Below, in pieces: positions 1-12,367 of a stretch of 64,000 nucleotides of DNA (the first letter of the stretch is position 1; each line of letters opens with the position of its first letter). The stretch is from NCBI RefSeq assembly GCF_009914755.1, contig NC_060931.1; one strand, 5' to 3'. The notes beneath the pieces were generated by a model. The model made no database searches, had not been told where the DNA came from, and saw only the letters and a list, made by a program, of their open reading frames with translations. Both the position numbers and the translations under genes were made by a program. The DNA comes from the human T2T-CHM13v2.0 reference genome, Homo sapiens.

Positions 1-156
1 CAAAATAAACCTTATAGTTATTCCAAACACATTAGATACAAATGGACGGGAATCAAGGACTTACGATCTCTGTATTTCAAAATGAATAAAAGTTGAAATT
101 CTATTATTTGCGAATATTAGATCAAATTTCTTAAAGTTAAAATCATAACCACTTAC

Positions 157-213
157 CATTTCAGCTAATAATTTATTCTGGGTTTTAACTTCATGGCCTA
201 TTTCAATGGAAAG
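157..213 (-). CDS. BET1: BET1 coding exon 3 (LSIEIGHEVKTQNKLLAEM, SNARE motif)
   Basis: ctttatag|CTTTCC...GAAATG|gtaagt; 57 nt, phase 0/0; BET1 aa 49-67. The final exon (TM anchor) is outside the window. Confidence 0.97.
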
Positions 214-617
214 CTATAAAGAAGAAGGTATACACAGGATTACTCACATAAAAGTATTCAAGTGTTATAAAGTAAAAATAATGTCATTCTAAGCATACAC
301 ATTTTCTGAAATGAAACGGTCTTCTAGACACATAAACTCTCTTTTTCTGATACTTTTTCTACCAAGATCAATAAAAAATAAATTTGGAATTTCTACTCCT
401 CCCAATTATGGACATTTCTTCTTTCCTCTTTATTTTAATTTCATCTTAATATTCAATTCCATCTTTTAATTTGGTATGTACTACTTCTCTCTGATTCTCT
501 TAACCTTGTATGCTTTTATATCTTTATTATATTCCTACAAAAGCTACAAATTCCTACAAATATCTGTATATTTCCTTCTTACATTTTATTTATTATATTT
601 TATAAATTATATATATA

Positions 618-737
618 TATTTTAACTTATTTTAGGTTTGGGGGTACAGGTGAAGGTTTGTTATACAGTTAAACTCATGTCACATGGATTTGTTGTACGG
701 ATTATTTCGTCAACCAAGAATTAAGCCTAGTACCCAA
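618..737 (-). mobile_element. Old L1P (L1PA15/16/L1PB-like) 3' end fragment
   Basis: ttttaggtttgggggtacaggtgaaggtttgttatac... is the antisense L1 3' terminus. Confidence 0.7.
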
Positions 738-2308
738 CCTTATTACATTTTGAAAGATCTAGAAGTACCCATACAACCAATTCAAATCTAGACAGAAGTA
801 TTTAATATTTTCCTAATGAAATGTTACATTACTTTAAATATGTCTAAACTGATTTTTCCTTAGTTTAAAGGTTTTTGCTTTAAAATATGATAATAAATTG
901 AAAAAAATAAATATTAGTGTTACTTACTTCCTGAAGCTCTGAAGAAAAGAGCCATAGCTTACAAAATACAATACTATAGCTAATTATGACAACTATTCAA
1001 ACCAAAATCTATCTAATACTTTATAGGACAGATTCATCAAAGGCTTCACTTCCAAGATATTTAAATAAATAGAATCATCTACTGAAAATCTTGGTAAATC
1101 ACTGCAAATATTGTTCTTCATCTGTGTGAAAGCACATGGGATAATACTGATACAAAACCATACTAGAATTCTATAGATCAGAACATGAGCTTTCCTCCCA
1201 GATTTAACAACTCAGAGATAATAAAGTAACTATAAAGCTAGACTGCCCACATTACTCAACTTCTATCACTGTCATTCATGCCAAGGAAAAATATTTCCAG
1301 GACATCACAACTTTCTTCTAACAAGTAATCTAAATTATCTACATTGGGGGGGTTTTTAAAGGCATTTAATTCTTAAGTCCTTCCAAGTGTTGTATTTTTA
1401 AAATTAACATTATACAATATTACTTAGTTCATAAATCAACTTTAGTTTAATATGACTTTGAAAACAATCCTGTTTCAAAATCTAAAGGTCTCCAGACTGA
1501 ATGTAATTCGATTTTCCAAAGACTATATTGAAATACCAATTAAGTTTTATCAACATGGGCTTCTACTGAATGCTTTATAAGTGAACGTCATGTTCATTAT
1601 AATGCAGTATCAATCACATATATTATTAAAATCATCTTCGTGTAATTCTTTGGTTCAATACAAATTTACTCAACACCATTGATAAGGAATTATGCTAAGT
1701 GCTATATAGAATATAAAGTAAGTACAATAGAAAACCTGCATTCTGGTAAATTCCTTTTACATACAAATAATGCCAATGCAAATCACTATGAATAAGTGCT
1801 ACAGAAATGGCACAAATGGTCTTATGTTCATAAGAAGAAAAGTTACTTTTGGATGTGGTAATCAGGTAAAAGTTTGGAGGGAGGGGGTGCAATGAAGTGG
1901 GGCGGATGTGGATAAGCAGCACTTCAGTTGATCTAAGAAGGAAGTGGAGGCTTAAGGCAAAGGGATAGTGTGATATGGGGGTGGGAAAGTGACAGCATAC
2001 AGAGGACACAAAGTGTAATTTGTCTAGCAGGAAGCACATACAGATTCTGGAAGTGTGAGAGATAAGATCTCAAAAGCTAAGGCCAATTTTTGAAAGATCT
2101 ATCTGATTTAATCAAGCTACGAAGCATGAACTTTATTAAATCATGGAAGGACGCTGAAGACTTCTGGGAGTGCAGGATGCAAGTTTTAAAATATTCTAAA
2201 CGAGGACTGTGGCAATGATTATATAGCTCAGATCATAATGTGCAAAAAAACAGGAACAGATAGGTTAAGATGTTCTTCCAATAGTTCAACTAAGAAAACC
2301 AGGGGATA

Positions 2309-2608
2309 GGCCAGGTGCGGTGGCTCACACCTATAATCCCAGCACTTTGGGAGGCCAAGGCGGGCGGATCACCTGAGATAAAGAGTTCAAGACCAGCCTG
2401 GCCAACATGGTAAAACCCTGTCTCTGCTAAAAATACAAAAATTAGCCGGGTGTGGTGGCGGGCACCTGCAATCGCAGCTATTTGGGAGGCTGAGACAGGG
2501 GGATTGCTTTAACCTAGGAGGCAGAGGTTGCAGTGAGCCAAAACTGCACCATTGCACTCCAGCCTGGGCAACAAGAGCAAAACTCCATCTCAAAAAAAAA
2601 GAAAAGAA
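2309..2608 (+). mobile_element. Alu (AluSq/Sp-like) in BET1 intron 2
   Basis: Full dimer with A tail; 17-bp TSD aagaaaaccaggggata (2292-2308 / 2609-2625). Confidence 0.95.
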
Positions 2609-3061
2609 AAGAAAACCAGGGGATAGTATTAGAAATAGAAAGGCAAAGATAGAAACATCAGAAAGACAGTGTAAGACTCAGTGACTGAAATGAAGTACAA
2701 AGGTAGAAATAAGAAAGACCAAGATTTATAGCTTAGAAGGCTAGATTAAAAAAAGCAGAAGAGCTACTTGGGGGTGGAAGATGGACAGCTCTGTTTGAGA
2801 CATTACAGCAGACAGCATACAGTATACAAAAAAGAGCTGGAGATTTTTCTTAAGTATTAAAAAAAATCTATCTTTTGATGTGCCACATTTTTTAACTTAC
2901 TCAAAGCACAGTCTAAATTTTGAGTGTACTTTGACCTCACAAAACCACAGTATCTGAGTAAATGAATTCCTTAGGATGACGTCAATAAGAATATATAGTT
3001 TATAATTATATGTATAGAAATATATGAATTAAAACACATATAATATTTGTTATATACTTAC

Positions 3062-3186
3062 AGATTTTATAGCAGTTACTTTGCTTCTCAGACTTTCAGT
3101 GAGCCTCTCATTTTCTTCTTCACAGGCACTATACCCACTATTAGCATAGCCATAGTTCCCATAGTTGCCAGGAGGTACTCCTTCAC
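3062..3186 (-). CDS. BET1: BET1 coding exon 2 ([42 protein letters not shown])
   Basis: ccttgcag|GTGAAG...AAATCT|gtaagt; 19+125=144 nt=48 codons; translation recognised as BET1 aa 7-48. Confidence 0.97.
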
Positions 3187-3976
3187 CTGCAAGGATCAGA
3201 GTCACAAAGGTGGTTCTAGAGAAGCCACTTTTGAAACACTGTTAGTTAGGAAAGAACTGAAAAAGACCCCTGGAGGGCCTTGCAAACCACATATGTCTCT
3301 AATATTCATACTCCAAATGAATTTAAAAAATAAATAACCAAACAGAGATCAGACCAATTCTTTCCATTACTCTCTGTTAACCAAAGAATATTCAGTTCAG
3401 TTCATTTTGATACACATTTCTGGATTGCTTATTGATTGTCCAGAAGATACAAAAATAGGTACTAATACACAAGAATATTCAGGATACATTCCCTGCTCAA
3501 GAGAAACATATATTTTAATGAAAGTTCTAAAAGCAGTAACATCATCTACCCATTGAAAAAGCGTGGCTGTGAAGAGGAAGGGAAAAGTGGTTAATACAGA
3601 AGGACGGGAGCTCATAGCGGCGAGGGTTCTTTACTGGCATCTCTTTCTCTTAAATAGACAGTTGGACAGGAAAGAGCCAAAGCAGGGAGGGGGCAAACTG
3701 AAGCTCTAGGAAAGAGACACAATAACTTATGCAGAATGCTAGCTGAGAGTCAAGAGGGAGATTCATTTATTCTTCAACATATATTTGAAGAATTACCATG
3801 TATCAGATCCACTGTTCTTTCTAGGTGCTACTTTTATGGAACTCTAAGGGATAAGAATGTACACCTCCCTGCCTAATATAGTACTTCATAGTCATCAGGC
3901 TATCAAACAACAGATGGAGTGGGCCTTAGTGAATACATATATAAATATGTTGGGCGATTAACAGGAAACGGCATAG

Positions 3977-4288
<312 letters not shown>

Positions 4289-4742
4289 ACTTTTTTTTAA
4301 CATAATTGTTGCCATCAATTTTCTCAGTAAAGGGAGAAAACGGGCTATCTGCTGAAGAATGGGTGATCATTCAGAATATACAGTAAGGAGAATGATGGAG
4401 GAAAGGGACCGGGACTGCACAGGATTACTAAAGATAAAACAAACTTGTTTGAGGCAATATACTACGGTGGCTTCAATCGTCCCAGGTGTGTGGTTTTTTT
4501 CTGCAGAAGAGTTCATCGGCCTGAGTTAGTCCAGGAGAAGGTGGATGGTTGGACTAATCTATAGTTGGAAGCTTATAATATTGAGGTTGCAGAAAAACGG
4601 AGCCCCAAGAGGTTGAGACTGCTTGCCAAAAGAGCGGTTGAAGATCTGGATTATGGGGATTAGATTGGACAGATATTAAAGCAGATTCAACAGTGACTTG
4701 AGAATGTGGGGAAAGGAATGATATCAAAACTAGAAGTCTCAG

Positions 4743-4874
4743 AGCCTGCTGCACACAGTTGCTTGCACCTATAATCCCAGCTACTTGGGAAGCTGAGGGA
4801 GGCAGGATCACTTGAGGCCAGGAATTTGAGACCAGCCTGGGCAACACAGCAAGACCTCATCTATTAAAAACAAA
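4743..4874 (+). mobile_element. FLAM (free left Alu monomer, FLAM_A-like)
   Basis: Single monomer with A-rich tail; perfect 16-bp TSD caaaactagaagtctc (4725-4740 / 4875-4890). Confidence 0.85.
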
Positions 4875-6399
4875 CAAAACTAGAAGTCTCCATATGCTCA
4901 ATGAGCAGATGCAGCAGCAGTGACAGGAGGTAACAGCACTGATCACTGAAGGACAGTCAAGGTGTGAATAGGAACTTCTTTCAAGGCACAATAGAAATTT
5001 CATTTTCCCTATGAAGCAAAACTCTCACTGATTTCTTACAGCTCTGATTGTATGTAACACTAATATTGCACTCTGTACAGTACTATAAGGGAAGAGAATA
5101 AGTTTGTTTGACTCAACACTGTATGTCCCCCCATAAACCTACAAACACATACACACTGTAAGGCACACTCAATGAATACATGATGTGAACTAATTAATGA
5201 AAAGAATCTGAGTTCACTGTTATTGAACTTTGAATGTGCATACCTTTGTCCAGAATGGAATCATATGCTTCTCTGAAGGCAAAGACAGTATCTCATGCTT
5301 CCATATCCTCCCTGTACCTAATGAGTACTTTATATGCAGCAGATACCTATGCAATCTCCACCACCACAAAAACCACAACAAAATATTGAAGAAGTATTTT
5401 CCAAACAGAAGAGAGTTGTACTATCTGAATTTTGCTGCTGACACACTATCCATGACACACTATCCATGAAGCTCTCCACATGTTTTATTATAAAAGAACT
5501 CAAGGAGTGGGCATATTTTTCCGCTCAGTCAAATATTAAAATCACCATTTAAAAATGCATTCTTACTCTGTTAACCAATGATACTCTGTGCAAACTGTAG
5601 TTTAATAAGGGCCAAGATACTTAAAGAAAGAATGTCTTCTTATTTTGTGTGGCTGAGGTTCTGAGTATATAACATTTACCCAATAAGTAATTACTGACTG
5701 GTTGAATTCAAACATTTGACAACTTCACCAAGGAATTCATTATAAATTAACTGCTATTTTTTCTTTCCTTTGTTTAGTTGCTTTTGCCTATCTTAATTTT
5801 AATTTTAGAGTTCTTCCATGCTGTTCCATTTATTCAAAGTGAAATTCTTGTTGTATTTATCGTCCAGAAATATATCAATGCACATTCCTATTAAAGAGTT
5901 GATCTTCCCTCAAACTATGACCCATCCCAAATACAATGACAAAAGTAAAAACCAAATAAAATGCTAGAATTGCTATTCCAAACAAAGCCACTTCTCTTCT
6001 GGTGGTGTACTGCTATGAAAAGTTGTAAAAAAGCTAGTGAGTACTGAAGATCATCCTCAGCCTTTGTTTATTTAGATAAACGCTACTTTTTTGGATAGGT
6101 TCTATCAGTAAGCTAACAAAACCATTTAGAGATTCATGTGAAGTGTGGCAGCTTCTGCCTATGGATATGTATCAGATTCACTATGATCCCAAATTTAAAA
6201 TTTCAGGTCAATATGCATTCATACTTTAAAAAAAAAGAAAAGAAAAAATGTGTAACAAAAGCCTTTGTCACTTCACACCAATGTAAATTATAGCAATAGT
6301 AGTTACCTAGGTAATTACTTCTCCTCTCAATCACAGAAGAGCTTTTTTTTAAAAAAAAAAAAAAAAGAAAGAAAAAAAAAGGAAAAAAGGAGAAGGTAG

Positions 6400-6512
6400 T
6401 GGGCTCTAAATTGGAGAAATTCTAATTTTACTGGCTGAGCTGAGGTCCAGGTAACAATACTTTAAAAACTTCCCAAGGGATTCTAATGTACAGTCAGGGC
6501 TGAGAACCATTA
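6400..6512. mobile_element. MER5-family hAT relic
   Basis: ...cccaagggattctaatgtacagtcagggctgagaacca end motif. Confidence 0.6.
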
Positions 6513-8089
6513 CTCAAGTCACTTTCCTGCAATTTAACATGGCACACTGCAGCAGGAAAATACTCAAAAGGGCCTAGGGGCCTACTGATGAAATCCAAAC
6601 TCTTTGGCCTCGCATGCAAAGATCTCCACAGTGTGATCCCGAATCCCCTACTTCACCCAAACTGGCTTAATCATAATCCCTTACTTCTTTTGAGTTCCTC
6701 CTATCTGGAACTCACTTCCCCCACTCTCCATTATTCAAGGTCTACTTCAAATTCCTATGTCTCCACCAAATACACAAAGATCTTCCCCACAAAGTACACA
6801 GTGATCTATCTCTGAAATCTCTGAGACCATCCCTTATATGTAGAACTTATCTGGTATTTGGATGTATAGCGACACTTTGTACTACAATTTATCTTTGCAC
6901 ATATTCCTACTCCCCACCTAGACTGGAAGCTTTGGGGATCACAAACAGGGCAACAAACAACTGTATACCTAGAGCTTACTCAAGCACACAATAAATCTTT
7001 TTTGGTATTAAGGATGATGAACAAGAAAAACATTTAGACATATAAAGCTAAACTTGCTCAAAATTATTTCTTTTTTTTTTCTCTTCAATTTACCTGGCCC
7101 CATTTTCTATGATCTAAGTATTCATAAAAACTTCATTAAAAAAACAAAAAACTTTCTCATACTACAATTTATTGATCAATAAACAAGTCTACGGTTATTG
7201 GCAACTTTCACTGACTTTAAATATCTGACACTTTGGGGATTTTTTTTTTCTTTTTTCAATCTTATAATGACTGAGAAAGGTAATATCTTTTTTCAAATGT
7301 TTCATTTATTTTCTGAAGTATACTGCACTCTAATTTAGCGGGGTCTTCTTTAAAAAAAAAATCGTGTCCTAAGAGAAAGCTTCAGAACCAGAAAATGCCG
7401 TTCTAGTAGCTGTGCGTTACTATAAGGGTCCATTAAAATTCCTTGTGTCTAACTTATTCTTGCTGATGAGCCAGTTTCCTAACCCCAAAGGTAAAGATCA
7501 AATGTTAAGTCGCCAAACCTTAACCACGTTCTACTGCCTTAACCGTGGCACAAGGTTCAGATTAAGAAATCGCCTTTGACCCAGAAGTTCCAGTTCCAGG
7601 ACCTTTAACAATAATGACACATACATTTACCTTTGTAACTCACTGTTACCAGATTAACGACCATTACTAGCGTGCTTTGGGTGCAACCACCCACTCTTCA
7701 AATTCCGCTTCTGAAGAAACTAAGATCCAGGGCCAGTAGGGAAACAGAAACCGGAGTCGGGCTTTGGAAAACATAGCAGCGTCCATAACCACGCTCAGTC
7801 AATAACACTAAAACACTCGACCACTGAGATGCCACCTGTACACACCCACCCCTAGTCCACTACTTTCTCTAGCCTACCATCCAAACTTGAATCTGACTCA
7901 AACTTAAGGAAATTCCAAAGATCTGGGACAAATGGTGTGTTTCCACTCGACATGGACCCCAAAGATCCCCTCTAGACATCCTGTTTTTTGGACCAAATGC
8001 CAGGAACATAAGACAGGTTCGATTTCCTCCCGCGCCCCAGCGCTCCCGGTTCTAGGGCCCCGAACTTCGAACCTCAGCCCTCTTCTTAC

Positions 8090-8108
8090 CCAGGCCTGCA
8101 CGCCTCAT
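8090..8108 (-). CDS. BET1: BET1 coding exon 1 (start codon; MRRAGL+G)
   Basis: Minus strand ATGAGGCGTGCAGGCCTGG|gtaag gives the BET1 N-terminus. The 19 nt join in phase with the 125-nt next exon. Confidence 0.96.
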
Positions 8109-8319
8109 CCTGCCAGAGGAGAGAGAGAAAAGGCGGGTGCGGGGCTTTGGGTGAGTAGGAAACAGCTAGGGGCGACCCGGACCGCGTCTTCAGTACCAGG
8201 GCCCAGCGAAACACCAACTTCTTCCCCTAAAGCGCCACGACATCAGTGGAGTCTAAACACCGCGCCGGATGATGGCGTCACCACGGCGCTCATTGGAGCC
8301 CTGGGAAGAAGGTTGAAAG

Positions 8320-8340
8320 GCATTCTGGGAAATGTAGTTC
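8320..8340 (-). promoter_or_regulatory. ZNF143/THAP11 (SBS) motif
   Basis: Minus strand GAACTACATTTCCCAGAATGC matches the ACTACAnnTCCCAGnATGC consensus. Confidence 0.85.
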
Positions 8341-10931
8341 ACCAACGCATAACGTGTTGCTGAGGGCGTGATGTGAACCCGGTTCCAGGAGCGGACGGGG
8401 CGTCCGGAAAAGGGGGCGGCTTCGACTGCGGCTCTGATTCTGGGTCTCTGATCCAACGTTCCCGCTGTTCCGCTCGCAGCCCGCGGGTCGCTGCTTTCAG
8501 TTTGTTGACCACCAAGTTTAACCCAGCAGATCTGCTCCTCCCCACCCACAAGAGGATGGTTGGGGTATCTTTCCTGATTTAGCCTCGAACTCCCTCTCAC
8601 CTCCAGAGACGATTCAGGGAAAGTTAGAGAAAACTTTGTCCAGGTTTCTCAGTTTACAAACAAGTAATCCGACACCCACAGAAGTAACCGATTTGTGCCT
8701 TGTAGTATCCAGTAAAGGAAAGAAAACCAGGTTCCTTTGAGTAGGACTCCTGCTCAGATGAGAGCAGACTAGGAAAGGCTGCGGGATCTGGTCAGAGGCA
8801 CTGAATAGTTAGTTCCCTGTTACTGCATCTGTTGTACTTCTAGAAAGAACCAAGACTTTTAGTTGTTATGGGGACCAAAGGACCCCTAAACGCTCTCCCA
8901 CTTTTTTTTTTTTAACTTACACAAAGCTTATTGAAATACTGCTTACACAAGGCAGTGTGCCAATTAGGGGTTTAAAACTTGTTGGCGAGTTGGAGGTGTT
9001 ACTGGTATCGAGGTTAATCCTAGAATTTCATTTTATCTCAGAGGATTTATCGTGAGAATACGATGAAATCGTGGTTTTTGAAGGGAAAACAAAAAAACCT
9101 GATACACAGTAGGTGATCAAAATTCACTGGGTGTCTGCGGTTTTGTTGTTGCTGCTGTATATATGGCAGTGGAATCGTCTCCACACTAGAGATTTCCGAA
9201 TATGTGATCTTTGATCATTTAGCGTTTCCTCATAGTTTCCCAGGACATTATTAACATTGACTATAATACTGGCATAAGTCTCTGCGTTAAGTTGCTTTTG
9301 TAAAAAACACATGAAAACAATTTTTAATAAGAGTTATTAACCTGGGAAGGAGGCTTTATCCAATAGTGTTTTGATAGAAAAAAATCATTAAAATAAAACC
9401 GCCATTTTCTAAAAGCAATGAAATTAAATAAGCATAATATCAGGGACAATTATTACAAATAAAAGATGGAGATTCAATAAAAGAAATGATAGCTAGGTAT
9501 CCCTTTATAACTTAAAATCTGTGACAGTCCTTTGGTTAAAAAAATGCATGTTCTATAATTAAAACGTTTAAAAATTGCCTTACAGAAGGCTTGCTGATGG
9601 AAATGTAGAAATCGTTATTTTTGAAAATATGGTAATATTTACTAGAACTAATCATTTAGATTACATAAAATATACTGCTTCCTTTACATGGTAGGAAGAC
9701 ATAAGAATGAAATGTAGTTAAAAGGAAAACATATATAATGTACTAAGAATATAACTGAAGTAAGGCAAAGCTAGTTCATATTGAAGTTGTTACCTAAAAA
9801 ATCCAATTATTGTTTTTAGCTAACGTTGCTAGTATCAAATTAGGATAATGTCATCTGAAAAAAATTTGCACTCAAAGGAAGAGGCAGGAAAAATGAACTC
9901 AATGTGCAGAAAAAGAATTATTAAATGTGACCATAGTTGACATTAGCGATCAGAGGGAATCATTTTCACTTTTCTCGTTGTGCTTTTTCCTTTTTAAATT
10001 AAAATCCTTAACTTTTCTTACTGATTGAAAGCAAATAAATTTCACAGAGATGAATAGCATTTAGAACCTCTTCTCTATTCTCACAGGATAGTCTCACAGA
10101 AAACATCTAATGTTTGTAGGTCTCTAGGAGATAAAGGACTAAAAATTACTTAAAATAATATTAAGTATTCCTTCTAGTAATTACAAAAGCAAGAATAAAA
10201 GCAGGAAATGTCTGAATCGAGGTGCAAAATTGGAACTTTTCTTTCTCCTATCTGTCTGCTTCCTGCCTGCCCATTTGTCCTACCTCTTCCTGACCAAATT
10301 TCAAGTCCAATCCAAGGGAAAAGAGCATACCAAGCTCTCAAAACTGGTTCAATAAACATTAACACATTTTTCAATCATGAAGCAAATTCAGTATCTCGGG
10401 TATCATATTTGAACTGTCACAAAATGTAAACTAGAAACAAAAAGCTCTTGATTTACAAACAAGCTATGGGACAAAGTTTGTTTCTAAGTTTGTTGTTTGG
10501 TATTTAAAGCACATTTTCCCTGAAGACTGAAATGATGGTCAGGTTCCCAACTCAGCCCAGAAAACACATGGCTGTTAGAGTTACTATGCTGGCCAATCAA
10601 AGTCTGTGTAACCCATAGGACAGCAGAAATACCGCGTATTTTCAAGACCAATAGAAGGAAAATAATGTTGTAATACTTGTGATAAAATAAAGCAAAGCCA
10701 TTAAAGAAGAAATAGAGTGTTTAAAAATTATTTTGGTTATTCATGTTTGAGAAAGAATGAGTTTTACTTAAAAGTTTTAAGAATGCGAAGAATATTTTCA
10801 AGGAGTTTGCAAAAAGTCACCAATTTGATCTGTCTTTTCCATAATTTGGGAATATTACTAGCACTGATGGCAAGCTTTTCAGCCATAGTTTGTAAAAATT
10901 AGGCACACAATTCCAACCTTAAAGTCCTCAG

Positions 10932-12367
10932 CAGAGCCAGACACATAATTTGTGGGGCTCAGGGCAAAATGAAAATGTTGTGCCTCTAGTTCAGAAAACA
11001 GGGGAAAAGTTCAGTTAAAGGTATTAAGATACAAAACTTCTCTTTCTTCTGTTTTCTTCTGTAATCTCCCTACCATCGTTCCTCCCCTCCCCACACCAAC
11101 TTGTCATGGTGTTTTTATTTGCTATTTAATATTCTTCTGAGTAAAGAAAAAAATAAATTATTAGCATTAATTTTACCCTTGATCTTTATATTGTGCAATG
11201 ACAGTTTTAAATGCAAACATAAGAGCACGCTACTCGTGAAATCACTAAAATTACACATTTGGTATTTTGTACTTTGATATGGTTTGGATATTTGTCCCAA
11301 CTAAACATCATGTTGAAATGTAATCCCCAGTGTTGGAAGTAAGTCCTGGTGGGAAATGTTTGGATCATGGAGGCAGATCCCACATGAATAACTTAGCACC
11401 ATCCCCTTGAGTGAGTTCACACGAGATCTGATGTCTAAAAGTATGTGGCACCACCTCCTGTCTCTCTGGGTCCCACTCTCACCAAGTAACCTGCCCTCTC
11501 CCGCTTCACCTTCTGCTATGAGTAAGAGCTCCTTGAGGCATTACCAGAAGCTGAGCAGATGCTGGCACTATGCTTCCTGTACTGCCTGCAGAAACATGTG
11601 TCAATTAAACCTCTTTTCTTTATAAATTACCCAGTCTCAGGTACGTCTTTATAAAAATGCAAGAATGGCCTAAATAGATACCTCACACATGAATCTGTAT
11701 TTCATTCTTACCATGGCAGAGCAGTCAAAACACTGCATCAAAACTAAGTCAACAGATTTTATTTCATGTCTTGACAGGCACATACTCTACCAACATTCTA
11801 CCTTCAGCCTACTGATGAGTTAGGAGGGACTTAAAAGAAAGAGAGCAAGGGGTTGCCTTATCTATTCTTTTCCTTTTATGCCATCATTTTTAATACAATT
11901 GGCTAACACAACAATGTAAGATAAAAAAGTATGTGATAGAGTTCCTTGGTCATTTTCTTCTTTCTGTGGAAGAAGTTCTGGTTCAAGCAGAGCACGTGGC
12001 CTTTTGGGGCTGTCAGTGTCCATACTTATTCTGACACAAACTTAACACACCTTTTGTACTCTTTTTGAGTGTTTCTGAACTCCCATGCGTCATGGGTCCA
12101 CTGGCATTCTGTGTTCCTGGGTCACTGCAAATGTAATATTCAAATGAAGTGGCAAAGAACAATGAAAATGCATGTTGTACATATCTCCTGCAATCGTGGG
12201 CACTATCTCTTGTTCCATAAGACTTTATATACAAAACTTAAGGCCAAAGGTAAAATTATTAAGAATTTCAAGACAGTGACCACAGAGCATTAAGCCAAGT
12301 TTGGGGGCCTTCTGATTAAGGAACCTTATGCAACTGCAAAGGTTGCAGGCCCCTGAACCTGGCCCTG
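10932..12367 (-). mobile_element. MER45-family (hAT-Tip100) DNA transposon, interrupted by an MST LTR
   Basis: Termini cagagccag...ctggccctg form TIRs; perfect 8-bp TSD gtcctcag (10924-10931 / 12368-12375); MER45-type subterminal sequences. Confidence 0.85.
11275..11678 (+). mobile_element. MaLR solo LTR (MSTB-like) nested in MER45
   Basis: tgatatggtttggatatttgtccc...taaattacccagtctcagg; near-TSD tactt/tacct. Confidence 0.85.

Larger units (their letters stand above)
8030..8500. promoter_or_regulatory. BET1: CpG island / BET1 promoter and 5'UTR
   Basis: Sharp local rise in GC and CpG around the first exon; CCAAT (ATTGG 8292-8296), CCGGAA at ~8405, GC box at ~8411. The exact TSS cannot be read from sequence. 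Confidence 0.9.

Noticed and set aside
3047-3337. 96-aa plus-strand ORF
   Set aside because: Antisense shadow of BET1 exon 2.
7904-8600. ORFs of 65-143 aa across the CpG island
   Set aside because: No recognisable protein similarity; expected in GC-rich DNA. The real coding part is the 19-nt BET1 exon.
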